Assembly: GCA_963713975.1 (NCBI GenBank)
Contig: OY970218.1
Coordinates: 3,168,001 to 3,232,000 of the forward strand
Direction: 5' to 3'
DNA length: 64,000 nucleotides
Source of the DNA: an uncultured Chloroflexia bacterium
Lineage (GTDB): Bacteria; Chloroflexota; Limnocylindria; Limnocylindrales; CSP1-4
The position numbers were made by a program, and so were the translations under genes. Position 1 is the first letter of the stretch; each line of letters starts with the position of its first letter. This document shows positions 18,986-29,994 of this stretch, piece after piece. The notes under the pieces are model-generated. The model made no database searches. It saw nothing but the letters and a program-made list of their open reading frames with translations, and was not told where the DNA came from.

Positions 18986-19869
18986 CGCTCCAGCTCCCTG
19001 TGGAACACCGAGACGGGCCCGAAGTCCCGGTCCCGCAGCCACGCGGCCAGCTCCTCGGACATGACGACCGACCGGTGCCAGCCACCCGTGCAGCCGATGG
19101 CGATGGCCAGCCGGTTCTTTCCCTCTTCCGCGTAGGCCGGCACCAGGAGATCCAGCAGATCGTGCAGGCGCTCCTGGAACTCGGCCGCGACGGGCAGGCC
19201 GAGCACGTATTCGCGGACCTCCGCGGTCAGGCCCGAGTGCGGCCGCAGCGCCTCGATGTAGTGGGGGTTCCGCATGAACCGCACGTCAAGCACGAGGTCA
19301 GCCTCGAGTGGCACACCGTACTTGAAGCCGAAGCTGATGATCTGGATCGACATGCGATCGGACCCCTGGACGTCGCCCAGGCGCGCGAACAGCCGCTCGC
19401 GCAGCTCCCGCAACGCCAGGTCGCTGGTATCCAGCACGACGTCGGCCTGGCTCCGCACCGGCTCGAGCATCTCGCGCTCGAGCTGGATCGCCGTCGCGAT
19501 CCCCCGCTCATCCGCAAGCGGATGGCGGTGCCGAGTCTCCGAAAACCGCCGGATCAGGACCTCGTCGCGGGCCTCGAGGAAGATGATCACCGGCCGCATG
19601 CCGCGCCCCTCGAGCGCTCCGCGCATCGCCCCGAACGCCAGCGGCACGTCACCGGCGCGCACGTCCAGGACGATGGCCGTGCGTCCGTAGCGGACGGGCT
19701 CCGTTGCGATCAGGTCCGCGAGGTCGCGCAGCAGCTCGCCGGGCAGGTTGTCCACCACGACGTAACCCAGGTCCTCGAACAGCTTGGCGGCCGCGGTCTT
19801 GCCGCCTCCCGACAGGCCCGTCAGGACCACGACCTCCTGGTCCGGTGCAGGTGCGCCGTCCTGGGTCAT
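18982..19869 (-). CDS. rapZ: RNase adapter RapZ
   Basis: TGLSGGGKT, VDNLP, SETRHRHPL, SFGFKYG, GCTGGWHRSV. Confidence 0.95.
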   Translation of the reverse strand: MTQDGAPAPDQEVVVLTGLSGGGKTAAAKLFEDLGYVVVDNLPGELLRDLADLIATEPVRYGRTAIVLDVRAGDVPLAFGAMRGALEGRGMRPVIIFLEARDEVLIRRFSETRHRHPLADERGIATAIQLEREMLEPVRSQADVVLDTSDLALRELRERLFARLGDVQGSDRMSIQIISFGFKYGVPLEADLVLDVRFMRNPHYIEALRPHSGLTAEVREYVLGLPVAAEFQERLHDLLDLLVPAYAEEGKNRLAIAIGCTGGWHRSVVMSEELAAWLRDRDFGPVSVFHRELER

Positions 19870-19885
19870 GCCGCTCCTCTGTCGC

Positions 19886-20671
19886 TCACTTGCCGCTGCG
19901 CCGGATGAAGAAGACCGTCCCCTCGAACAGGATGTACATCGTCAGGCCGAGGGCGAGGGGGCTCACGAGGTCCCCGCCGGGAGTGATTGCCGCGGCGAAC
20001 ACCGCGATCCCCAGGACGATCATTCGTCGGGCACCGATGAGCCTGGCCGAGGTCACGATGCCCACCAGGGACAGCCCGTACAGCAGGATCGGGAACTCCA
20101 TGATCAGCCCGAAGGCCAGGAACATCGTCGTGACAAAGTCGAAGTAGGGCCCGGCCGCCAGGTTGGCCACCAGGACGTCATCGGTGAAGGCGAGCAGGAA
20201 GCCAACCGCGAACGGCAGGATGAGGTAGGCGATCGCGACCCCGAGCGCGAAGAACAGCAGCGCCAGCGGGATCCAGGGGCGGGCCATCCTGCGCTCGGGA
20301 GCGGTGAGCCCCGGGGCGACGAATGCCCAGACCTGGTAAAGCAGGACAGGCATCGCCAGGATGATCCCGGTGATGATCGAGATCCGGAGCGCGATCACGA
20401 ACGCATCGCCCGGGCCCAGGACCTGGACGGTACCGGAGGGCAGCGGTGCGATCAGGATGTTGCGGATGTCCCGCCAGAACCAGAAGCCGATGACGCTGCC
20501 GATCGCGACCGCGATCAGGGCCTTGACCAGGCGGCTGCGGAGCTCGGTGAGATGGTCGACCAGCGTCATCTCGCCGGCCGCGGGCGCCGCCGGCGGTGTC
20601 GCCGGATCCGGCTCGACCGGCGTCGGGTGCGCGCCGACGGAACCGTCCGCGACGGCCTCGGCATCGGTCAT
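19886..20671 (-). CDS. tatC: twin-arginine translocase TatC
   Basis: MTLVDHLTELRSRL, WAFVAPGL, FGLIMEFP, AAAITP. Confidence 0.95.
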   Translation of the reverse strand: MTDAEAVADGSVGAHPTPVEPDPATPPAAPAAGEMTLVDHLTELRSRLVKALIAVAIGSVIGFWFWRDIRNILIAPLPSGTVQVLGPGDAFVIALRISIITGIILAMPVLLYQVWAFVAPGLTAPERRMARPWIPLALLFFALGVAIAYLILPFAVGFLLAFTDDVLVANLAAGPYFDFVTTMFLAFGLIMEFPILLYGLSLVGIVTSARLIGARRMIVLGIAVFAAAITPGGDLVSPLALGLTMYILFEGTVFFIRRSGK

Positions 20672-20697
20672 GGTGCGGGCCCGACGGGTCCGGCCGG

Positions 20698-21147
20698 CTA
20701 GGCGGAGGGGGTCGGTGGCTCGTCGACCGGCGTGGCCTCCGCCGGCGGCTCGACGGCCTCACCTTCGGCTTCCTCCGGGTCGGACACGGGCCAGGGAACG
20801 GCGGCGGGCTCGGCTCCCGCATCCGGGGTCGCGACTGCGGTCATGGCAGCTGCGACCGGAGCGGTAGCAACGGGCGCCGCGGCGACCGGGGCGGGCGGTG
20901 TGATCGCTTGCGGCCCGGCCTCGGGCGCGGTGCCGGAGGGCGCGGTGCCGGAGGGCGCGGTGCCGGAGGGCGCGGATGCCACGGGCTCCAGGCTGGTGCT
21001 CTCCTTGACATCCGTGGCCGCCTTGCGGAACTCGCGGATGCTCTTGCCCAGCGCGCTGCCGACGTCGGGGAGCTTGCCCGGACCGACGACGATGAGCGCG
21101 ATGATCAGGACGATGATGAGCTCACCGGGTCCGATGTTGAACGGCAT
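20698..21147 (-). CDS. tatA: twin-arginine translocase TatA/E with Pro/Ala-rich tail
   Basis: IGPGELIIVLIIALIVVGPGKLPDVGSALGKSIREFRK; 15-bp PSGTA tandem repeat in the tail. Confidence 0.93.
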   Translation of the reverse strand: MPFNIGPGELIIVLIIALIVVGPGKLPDVGSALGKSIREFRKAATDVKESTSLEPVASAPSGTAPSGTAPSGTAPEAGPQAITPPAPVAAAPVATAPVAAAMTAVATPDAGAEPAAVPWPVSDPEEAEGEAVEPPAEATPVDEPPTPSA

Positions 21148-21201
21148 GACCTGTCTCGACCTCGTGGCGGGAGCGGTGCCACTCCGGGGGTTTGGAGGGC
21201 G

Positions 21202-22080
21202 TCAGGGTAGCACAGCGAGCTTGGCCGCCCACGTGGCGGCGGCCTCTTCCAGGCGCTCCGCGACGTCCCGCCGGGCGCCCTCGACGGGCGGTCCCAGGGC
21301 AGCCTGCGCGATGCCTCGCGAGACGTTGACGAGGAGTCCCCCGCCCGGCCGCGCGCCGGCCGGCGGAGCCGTCGCGGGGCCGTGGGCGAGCACGGGTGCC
21401 AGCTCCCCACCCTGGGCGCCGATGCCGGGGACGAGGAACGCGAGTCGTGGCGCCAGCGCGCGGATCCCGGCCATCTCGTCGGGAGCCGTGGCGCCAACAA
21501 CGAGGCCCACCGTCCCACCCGGGCCCCAGGTCGCAGCGCGGCGGGCCACGCGGGCCCACAGCGGTTCGGCGGGGTGGCCGGCGGCCGGATCCGGCTCGAC
21601 CCGGAGGCCCTGCAGCTCCGCGGCGCCCGGGTTGGAGGTGCGGCACAGCACGTAGGCAAACCGGTCCGCACGCTCGAGCAGGGGTGCCACGGCCTCCTCG
21701 CCGAGATACGGGTTGACGGTCACGGCATCCGCGCCGAGCCGGTCGAACAGCGCGAGCGCCTGCTTCGTGGCCGTGGTCCCGATGTCGCCGCGCTTGGCAT
21801 CGGCGATGAACGGCACGTCCGGCGGGACCATGGCTCGGATCCGTTCCAGCGCGCCAACGCCCGCGGCCCCGTGGGCCTCGAAAAAGGCGAGGTTCGGCTT
21901 GACCGCGGCCGCGTGCGGGAGGGCGGCCTCCAGGAGCAGCTGCGAGAACCGCTCGACACCCTCCAGTGTGGGCGGGAAGCCCTCCGGGAGCGCATCCGCG
22001 TCCGGGTCGATGCCCAGGCACAGCACCGTCCTGGTGGCGGCCGTCCGCGCCGCCAGCCGCTCCAGGTACGACGTGATCAC
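21202..22080 (-). CDS. pyrF: orotidine 5'-phosphate decarboxylase
   Basis: LCLGIDP, KPNLAFFE, DAKRGDIG, VNPYLG, RTSNPG, PGIGAQGG; GTGA overlap with upstream gene. Confidence 0.95.
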   Translation of the reverse strand: MITSYLERLAARTAATRTVLCLGIDPDADALPEGFPPTLEGVERFSQLLLEAALPHAAAVKPNLAFFEAHGAAGVGALERIRAMVPPDVPFIADAKRGDIGTTATKQALALFDRLGADAVTVNPYLGEEAVAPLLERADRFAYVLCRTSNPGAAELQGLRVEPDPAAGHPAEPLWARVARRAATWGPGGTVGLVVGATAPDEMAGIRALAPRLAFLVPGIGAQGGELAPVLAHGPATAPPAGARPGGGLLVNVSRGIAQAALGPPVEGARRDVAERLEEAAATWAAKLAVLP

Positions 22081-23324
22081 GAGCCCGAGGGCGACGCGGA
22101 TGGGGCCGTCGAGGGGGCGGCGGTCGGGATGGGCATCTGGTCCGCCGGGACGAACCAGTCGGGTCGCGAGATACCGTCGAGCCCGGCGTTGGTGGTGAGG
22201 TCCATCGGGTCCCCGACCGTCCAAGTGGGCGCGGATCCGTCAAGCTGCACCAGCCGCAGGTCGACCACCTGCCCCGACACGTGGAGGTAGGCGAGCTGGT
22301 CGCCGGCGGGCGACCAGCTGGGCGCCCAGCTGTCGCCGTCGCTGGTCACGCGGACGAGCTCGGCCCCGGTAGAGGCGTCCAGGATCACGACGTCCGTGCC
22401 GAAGGAGTTCGTCCGTGTCGCGGCCATGTACCGCCCGTCGGGCGACCAGGCGGGGTGGAGATAGCCCGGGCCGGTCACCGCACGGGTCTTCTTCGTGGCG
22501 GGCGTGTAGACGTAGATCCGCGGGGTCCCCTTGGCGCCGTCCCGGTCGGGCATGACGTAGGCGACCCTGAGGCCGTCAGGCCTCCACGCTGGATCCTGGT
22601 GCCCCAGGGGTGGTACCTGCGGCAGCCCGAGGTCCGTGATCTTGCTGTTCTTGAGGTTGAGGAGCTTCAGCGAGACGTCGCTGCGGGTGGGATCCGGCAG
22701 GTCCGAGACCATCGCGATCGTGGTCCCATCAGGCGACACCACCGGCTCCCGGATGAAGCCCATCCACTTCAGGCGACCGGCCGGATCGACGAGCCCGTCG
22801 AGGATCCTGGTGGCGTTCCCGCCCGTGACATCGATCCGCATGATCGAGGGGACGTCCATGTCGTAGTCGCGGATCGTCCCTTCCACGCTCCACGTGCCGT
22901 TGACCGGGCGCGTGCGGACAAACAGCACGCCGGAGCCGTCCTGGTCGAACGACGGCATCGAGTCACGGCCGGTGGTCGTGAGCTGGGTCGCCTTGCCGTC
23001 CGCCTGGAGCCAGATGTTGCCGTCCTTGGCATACACGAGCGTGCCCGGGACGTTGATCCCCGGCTCCTCGGTCGGCACGACGACGACCTCGGGCGGGGTC
23101 GGGGTCTTGATGACCGTCGGGTCGTCGGACGCTCCGGGGCCCGTGCCCCCATTCCCGCTGCCGGCAAGGAACGGCAGCTGGCCATTGCTGAGTGAGAGTG
23201 TCACCACGGCCACGAGCAGGAGGCCGACGATCGACAGGATCGCCGCGATCGGGGCGCCCGCCCCCGCCTTGGCGCCTGGCTCTCGTGCGGCAGGCTGGCG
23301 CGGCGGGCGCGTCGAGCGGGTCAT
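22077..23324 (-). CDS. membrane-anchored TolB-like beta-propeller (PD40 repeats)
   Basis: TM helix then repeated PxWSPDG motifs. Confidence 0.85.
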   Translation of the reverse strand: MTRSTRPPRQPAAREPGAKAGAGAPIAAILSIVGLLLVAVVTLSLSNGQLPFLAGSGNGGTGPGASDDPTVIKTPTPPEVVVVPTEEPGINVPGTLVYAKDGNIWLQADGKATQLTTTGRDSMPSFDQDGSGVLFVRTRPVNGTWSVEGTIRDYDMDVPSIMRIDVTGGNATRILDGLVDPAGRLKWMGFIREPVVSPDGTTIAMVSDLPDPTRSDVSLKLLNLKNSKITDLGLPQVPPLGHQDPAWRPDGLRVAYVMPDRDGAKGTPRIYVYTPATKKTRAVTGPGYLHPAWSPDGRYMAATRTNSFGTDVVILDASTGAELVRVTSDGDSWAPSWSPAGDQLAYLHVSGQVVDLRLVQLDGSAPTWTVGDPMDLTTNAGLDGISRPDWFVPADQMPIPTAAPSTAPSASPSGS

Positions 23325-25198
23325 GCGATCCCTCCGGGGACTGTGGCGGCCGGGCCGGGGCCGACTGGTGCACCGGCCATGCCGGCCGCCCGGTCCAGGA
23401 CCTCCCTGGCCCGCGGGTGCGACCCGGATACGGCGACGTCGCGGACCTCGAGCTGGAGCGTCTCGAGACCGCCGAAGACACGACTGGCGAGCCTGGCGAC
23501 CACGTCCACGCGATCCCCCTCGGCCAGGACATGGGCGAGATCCGCACGGCCGAACGCGATGCCGTCGATCACATCATGCTCCCGGCGCAGCACCAGCTGG
23601 GTGTGGCCGCCGCTCGCGGCGCGGACCCGCTGCACGGTCAGGCCGAGCACGGCCACGAGTGGCTCCGGGTTCCCGGCACCGCATGGTGCGAGGCGGGCGA
23701 GATCCCGGTAGAGGGCGTAGTCCACGTATCCGGCGGGCAGGGCGAGATCGACCGCGAGCGGCGTCCTCGGATCCGGGTCACCGTCGACGGCGGCCAGCTC
23801 CAGGAAGCGCGCGGCGAACTCGTCCCAGCGCTCGGCCGGGAGCTCGAACCCGGCCGCCGCCGCGTGCCCCCCAAAGCGCACGAAGAGGTCGCCACATGCG
23901 GTCAGGGCATCTGCGAGGTCCAGCCGTCCGTTGCCACGACAGGACGCTCGGATCACGTCGCCGATGCGGGTGCCCACCACCGCGGGGCGGCCCGTCTCGT
24001 CGGCCAGGCGCCCCGCCACGAGCCCGATGATGCCAACCGGCCAGGGGCCGTGGATCAGGAGGGCCGGTTCGTCTGCGCCCCCGCCGACAACGACAGACGC
24101 TGCATCGGCGCGCCGGTCCGGCACGAGCGGCTGCTGCCCCGGAACCGCAGCAGGGTCCGGGAGTCCCAGCGCCTCGCGTGCCTCCGTGATCGCGGTGCGC
24201 ATCAGGTCACGACGGGTCGTATTGGCCGCCTCCAGCGTTGCCGCGAGCCCCGCGGCCTCCTCCCGGGTCTCGGCGAGCAGCAGGCGCGCGGCGTCGAGCG
24301 CCTCCCCCACCCGGCCGGCCGCGTTGAGGCGCGGGGCGATGACGAAGCCCACGGTCTCGAGGTCCACGGACGCGGGGGCCACGCGGGCGCGCTCCAGCAG
24401 CGCCGCGATCCCGGGTCGTGGCGTCGTCCGCATCCGGTCCAGGCCGAGGCGTGCGATCGCCCGGTTCTCGCCCACGATCGGCACGACGTCCGACACCGTC
24501 CCGATGGTCGCCAGCTCCGCGAGGTCAAGTGCGTCGGCTTCGGAAGCCGCCAGCTCGCCCAGCAGCAGGCGTGCGACGGCGAACGCGACGCCACTGCCCG
24601 AGAGCCCTGGGAACGGGTAGGTGGAATCGGCCCGGTGCGGGTTGACGATCGCGACCGCCGCCGGCAGCACGTCCGGCAGGTGGTGATGGTCCGTGATCAC
24701 CACGTCGATCCCGCGCGCCCCGGCCGCCGCGATCTCCGCGACGCTGGTCGAACCCGTGTCCACGGTGATGATCAGGCTCATCCCCGCATCGGCAGCGACG
24801 TCCACCGCGGCGAGCGAGAGACCGTGCCCCTCCTCCAGCCGGGACGGGACATAGGGCGTCACGTCGATCCCCAGGCGTCGCAGCGCCAGGACCAGCTGGG
24901 CGAGACCGGTCAGTCCGTCCGCGTCGAAGTCCCCGAAGACCATGACCCGCTCGGATCGATCGCGCGCACGCCCCACGCGCGCTACCAGCAGCGCCGCGTC
25001 CGGGAGCGACCGAGGGTCATGGAGGCCCGCGATGGCCGGGCCGAGGAAGGCAGCCAGGGCCGTCCGGTCCGTGATGCCGCGACGGGCCATGACGGTCGCC
25101 GCAACCGTGCCGATGCCCTCGTCTCGCGCCGCGGCACGCAGGTCAGGATCGAGCCGGTACGGCTCCGGGAAGACCCAGCGGTGACGTGCGTCGATCAT
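23321..25198 (-). CDS. recJ: single-stranded DNA exonuclease RecJ
   Basis: GDFDADG, TVDTG, TDHH, PRLNAAGR, GGHAAAAG. Confidence 0.95.
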   Translation of the reverse strand: MIDARHRWVFPEPYRLDPDLRAAARDEGIGTVAATVMARRGITDRTALAAFLGPAIAGLHDPRSLPDAALLVARVGRARDRSERVMVFGDFDADGLTGLAQLVLALRRLGIDVTPYVPSRLEEGHGLSLAAVDVAADAGMSLIITVDTGSTSVAEIAAAGARGIDVVITDHHHLPDVLPAAVAIVNPHRADSTYPFPGLSGSGVAFAVARLLLGELAASEADALDLAELATIGTVSDVVPIVGENRAIARLGLDRMRTTPRPGIAALLERARVAPASVDLETVGFVIAPRLNAAGRVGEALDAARLLLAETREEAAGLAATLEAANTTRRDLMRTAITEAREALGLPDPAAVPGQQPLVPDRRADAASVVVGGGADEPALLIHGPWPVGIIGLVAGRLADETGRPAVVGTRIGDVIRASCRGNGRLDLADALTACGDLFVRFGGHAAAAGFELPAERWDEFAARFLELAAVDGDPDPRTPLAVDLALPAGYVDYALYRDLARLAPCGAGNPEPLVAVLGLTVQRVRAASGGHTQLVLRREHDVIDGIAFGRADLAHVLAEGDRVDVVARLASRVFGGLETLQLEVRDVAVSGSHPRAREVLDRAAGMAGAPVGPGPAATVPGGIA

Positions 25199-25310
25199 CG
25201 CGAGGAGGATGCCACGAACCGCTTATCCGGGCCTTGACTCGAGGTCGGGTCACCGGCGGCCGGACGTCGGAGTGAGGAGCGCGGGCCCCGGTCTCGGCCG
25301 GGCCCCGGGA

Positions 25311-26493
25311 TCACGTGGTCGCGCGGCGGCCCGGTTGAGCCGCGGCCGCGCGCAGGCGCCGCTTGTCTTCCCACTGGTGCCAGACGACGAGCAGCGGGCT
25401 CGCGTTGAAGATCGAGGAGTACGTCCCGGACACGATCCCGAGCAGGAGGGCGAGGACGAAGGTGCCGATCGCGTCGCCCGCGAACAGCAGCAGCGAGAGC
25501 AGCGCGATCACGACCGTCAGGCTGGTGGTGATCGACCGCCCGAAGGTCTGCAGGATCGAGTGGTTCACGATCCGGTCGAACGGCTCGCCCGCATGCCGCG
25601 CCTTGTTCTCGCGGATCCGGTCGTACACGACGATCGTGTCGTGGACGGAGAAGCCGATCACGGTAAGCATCGCCGTGACGAACAGGCCGTCGATCAGCAT
25701 CCCGGTGAAGGTGCCCAGGATCGCGAAGGCGCCCACGACGACGAGGACGTCATGCACCAGGGCCACCAGCGCGGTCACGCCCATCTTGAAGTCGCGGAAG
25801 CGGTAGGTGATCCAGAGCAGGATCCCGATCGAGCCGAACAGGATCAGGGTCAGGGCCTGGGTGATGAGGTCGCTGGACACGACCGCGCCCACGGTGGACA
25901 GCGACTGCTGCTCCGCGATCGGGCCCAGGTCCGCCTCGAGGGCGACGCGGACCTCGCCGAGCTGGCCCTGCGACGGAAGGTCGCCACCGGTGCCGGCGAC
26001 GGGTGCTCCGCTTGCACCGGGCGATGCCGACGGCTCGGCGGACGCCGACGGGTCCGGGCTGGCGGCCGAGGACGGCGATGGTGCGGCAGATGCCGACGGG
26101 GCCGCGGACGCTGACGGTGCGGCAGACGAGCCCGCCGCGGCCGAGGCGCCGGGCGAGCTCGACGCGGCCGCGGATGGCGCCACGCTGGGGGCGGGCGTTG
26201 CCGGGGCGGCAGGCGCCGCGAGCGCGGCCTCCTTGGTGCGGATCTCGATGAATCCCTCGCCGGTCTTGGTGACGCTGGTCTCGTAGCCCAGGTCCTCGAC
26301 GACCGCCTTGACCTGCTGGGCCGTGACCTCCGGGTCCTCGAACCGGACCGTCCAGACCGTGCCCCCGGTGAAGTCGATCGCGAACTGGAGGCCGACCTTG
26401 CCCCCGGTGACGGGGCCCAGGAGCAGGAAGACGAGGCCCGGGATCGTCATGAGCAGGGAGAACGCGAAGAACCAGTTGCGCTTCCCGATGACG

Positions 26494-26501
<8 letters not shown>
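25311..26501 (-). CDS. secF: protein translocase subunit SecF
   Basis: IDFTGG, ALVHDV, GFSVHDTIVVYDRIREN, GTYSSIF; long Ala/Ser/Pro insertion. Confidence 0.95.
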
Positions 26502-27849
<1,348 letters not shown>

Positions 27850-27949
27850 CGGGGCGGGATGATACAGGGGACCGCCGATCCGCGCGCCGTCGATCGGCGG
27901 CCGGCGCCGGCAGCGACCTCAGCGAGGCGGTCGCACGACCTGCGCGCCG

Positions 27950-29806
27950 TCAGCCCTCGAGATGGGCCTTGATCCGCTCGGCCAGGGCCGGCCCGATCCC
28001 CGGCACCGCCGCGATCTGCTCGACCGGTGCCTCGCGAACCCGCTTTGCCGAGCCGAACACCTTGAGCAGCTCGCGCCGGCGCTTGGGCCCGACGCCGGGC
28101 AGGTCGTCGAAGGCCGACTTGACGGCCTTGCGGTTGCGCAGGCTCCGGTGATAGGTGATCGCGAACCGATGGGCCTCGTCGCGGAGCCGCTGAACCAGAT
28201 ACAGGGCCTGCGAGGTGACCGGCAGCAGCACGGGAGCCTCCCGGTTCGGCAGGATCAGCTCCTCGCGCTCCTTCGCCAGGCCAGCGAGCGGCAGGTCGCC
28301 GAGTCCAAGCTCCTCGAGGACCTCGCTGGCCGCGCTCACCTGGCCCCTTCCCCCGTCGATGATGACGAGGTCGGGCATCGCCCAGCGGCGCTCCTCCTCG
28401 ATCCCCTCCTCGCCGGACTTGGCCCGACGGAAGCGGCGCCGGAGGACCTCCTGGTGGCTCGCGAAGTCGTTCGAGCCCTGGACGGTCCTGATCTGGAACC
28501 GCCGGTACTCCCCCGTCCGCGGCCGGCCCTCCTCGAACACGACCATGCTGCCGGTGGTCTGCGCCCCCTGGAAGGTCGAGATGTCGTAGCACTCGATGCG
28601 CATCGGCGGCCCGGGGAGCCCGAGGGCGATCGCCAGCTCCTGCAGCGCGCCAAGCGTGCGGCCCTCGTCCGCGAGCCAGCGGGCGGCCTCCCGGGCCAGC
28701 GCCTCGGCGGCGTTGCGGGCCGCCAGGTCCATGAGCTCCCGCTTCTCGCCCCGCAGCGGCGTACGGAGCCGCACGATCGTCCCCCGCTTGGCCGTCAGGA
28801 AGGCCTCCAGGTCGGCCGTGTCGGCGAGCGCTCGGGGCACGAGCACCTCCCTGGGCACGCTCGTGGCCCGAGCGTAGTACTGCTCCAGGAAGCTGGCGAG
28901 CACCTCGTCGTCCGGGACGTCGCGAGGAGCGTCCATGAAGAACACGTCCCGGCCCAGCATCTTCCCGTTGCGCACGACGAACAGCTGGACCCCGGCCTGG
29001 TCGTCCTTGCGGGCCATCGCCACGAGGTCCAGCTCCGTGCGGGCGAAGGCCTCCATCTTCTGGCTCTCCATCGTCCGCTCGATGGACCGGATCTTGTCGC
29101 GGACCACGCCCGCCTTCTCGTACTGCTGCGCCTCGGAGGCGACGTGCATCTCGTGGCGCAGGCCCTCGAGGACGGTGTCGGCGTTGCCCTCCAGGAACAG
29201 CTCCACCTGGGAGATGTCGCGGCGATAGGCCGTCCTGCCGATCGCCTCGATGCACGGGCCCTGGCAGCGCTTGATGTGGTACAGGAGGCAGGGGCGTGAC
29301 AGCGCCCGCTGTCCCTCCCGGATGTCGATGGTGCAGGTCCGGAACGGGAACAGGCGCCGGACCAGGTTCATCGCCTCGTCCACGGAGCTGGCGGACGCGT
29401 ACGGGCCGAAGTAGCGCGAGCCATCGGCGGGCAGCTTGCGGGTGCGCTCGACCCGCGGGAAGTCGTCCCCGAGCGTGATCTTGATGTAGGGGTAGCTCTT
29501 GTCGTCCTTGAGCCGGATGTTGAACCGCGGCCTGAACCGCTTGATCAGGTTCGCCTCGAGCAGCAGCGCCTCGGACACCGAGTCGACCTCGGTCACCTCC
29601 AGGTCCACCACGCGGTCGATGACCTGCCGGATCCGGTGGATCTCGCCGCGGGCCGGCGCGGCCTGCTTCTGCCAGTAGCTCCGCACGCGGCTGCGCAGGC
29701 TCTGCGCCTTGCCCACATACAGCACCTCGCCACGCGCGTCCTTCATCAGGTACACGCCGGGACGGTCGGGCAGGGTGGCCAGGGTGGCCTTGAGCTCGGG
29801 GGTCAC
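27950..29806 (-). CDS. uvrC: excinuclease ABC subunit C
   Basis: PGVYLM, YVGKA, KDDKSYPY, RIECYDIS, IIDGGRGQ, RDEAHRFA, HhH. Confidence 0.97.
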   Translation of the reverse strand: MTPELKATLATLPDRPGVYLMKDARGEVLYVGKAQSLRSRVRSYWQKQAAPARGEIHRIRQVIDRVVDLEVTEVDSVSEALLLEANLIKRFRPRFNIRLKDDKSYPYIKITLGDDFPRVERTRKLPADGSRYFGPYASASSVDEAMNLVRRLFPFRTCTIDIREGQRALSRPCLLYHIKRCQGPCIEAIGRTAYRRDISQVELFLEGNADTVLEGLRHEMHVASEAQQYEKAGVVRDKIRSIERTMESQKMEAFARTELDLVAMARKDDQAGVQLFVVRNGKMLGRDVFFMDAPRDVPDDEVLASFLEQYYARATSVPREVLVPRALADTADLEAFLTAKRGTIVRLRTPLRGEKRELMDLAARNAAEALAREAARWLADEGRTLGALQELAIALGLPGPPMRIECYDISTFQGAQTTGSMVVFEEGRPRTGEYRRFQIRTVQGSNDFASHQEVLRRRFRRAKSGEEGIEEERRWAMPDLVIIDGGRGQVSAASEVLEELGLGDLPLAGLAKEREELILPNREAPVLLPVTSQALYLVQRLRDEAHRFAITYHRSLRNRKAVKSAFDDLPGVGPKRRRELLKVFGSAKRVREAPVEQIAAVPGIGPALAERIKAHLEG

Positions 29807-29994
29807 GCACCGATTGTGCGGCACGCACGGTGGAGGCGCCCACGCCACCCGGGCGCCGGGGCCGGTCAAGCAGCCGGGGCGCCGACGGTGTGGGCGTCGT
29901 CGCTGGACGACGAGGGCCCGCCGGGCAAGCCGGCGGGCCCTCGTCCCTGTGGGGCGGGCCGATCCCTTGCGGGAGGCGGCATCGCCAGCTGCGC

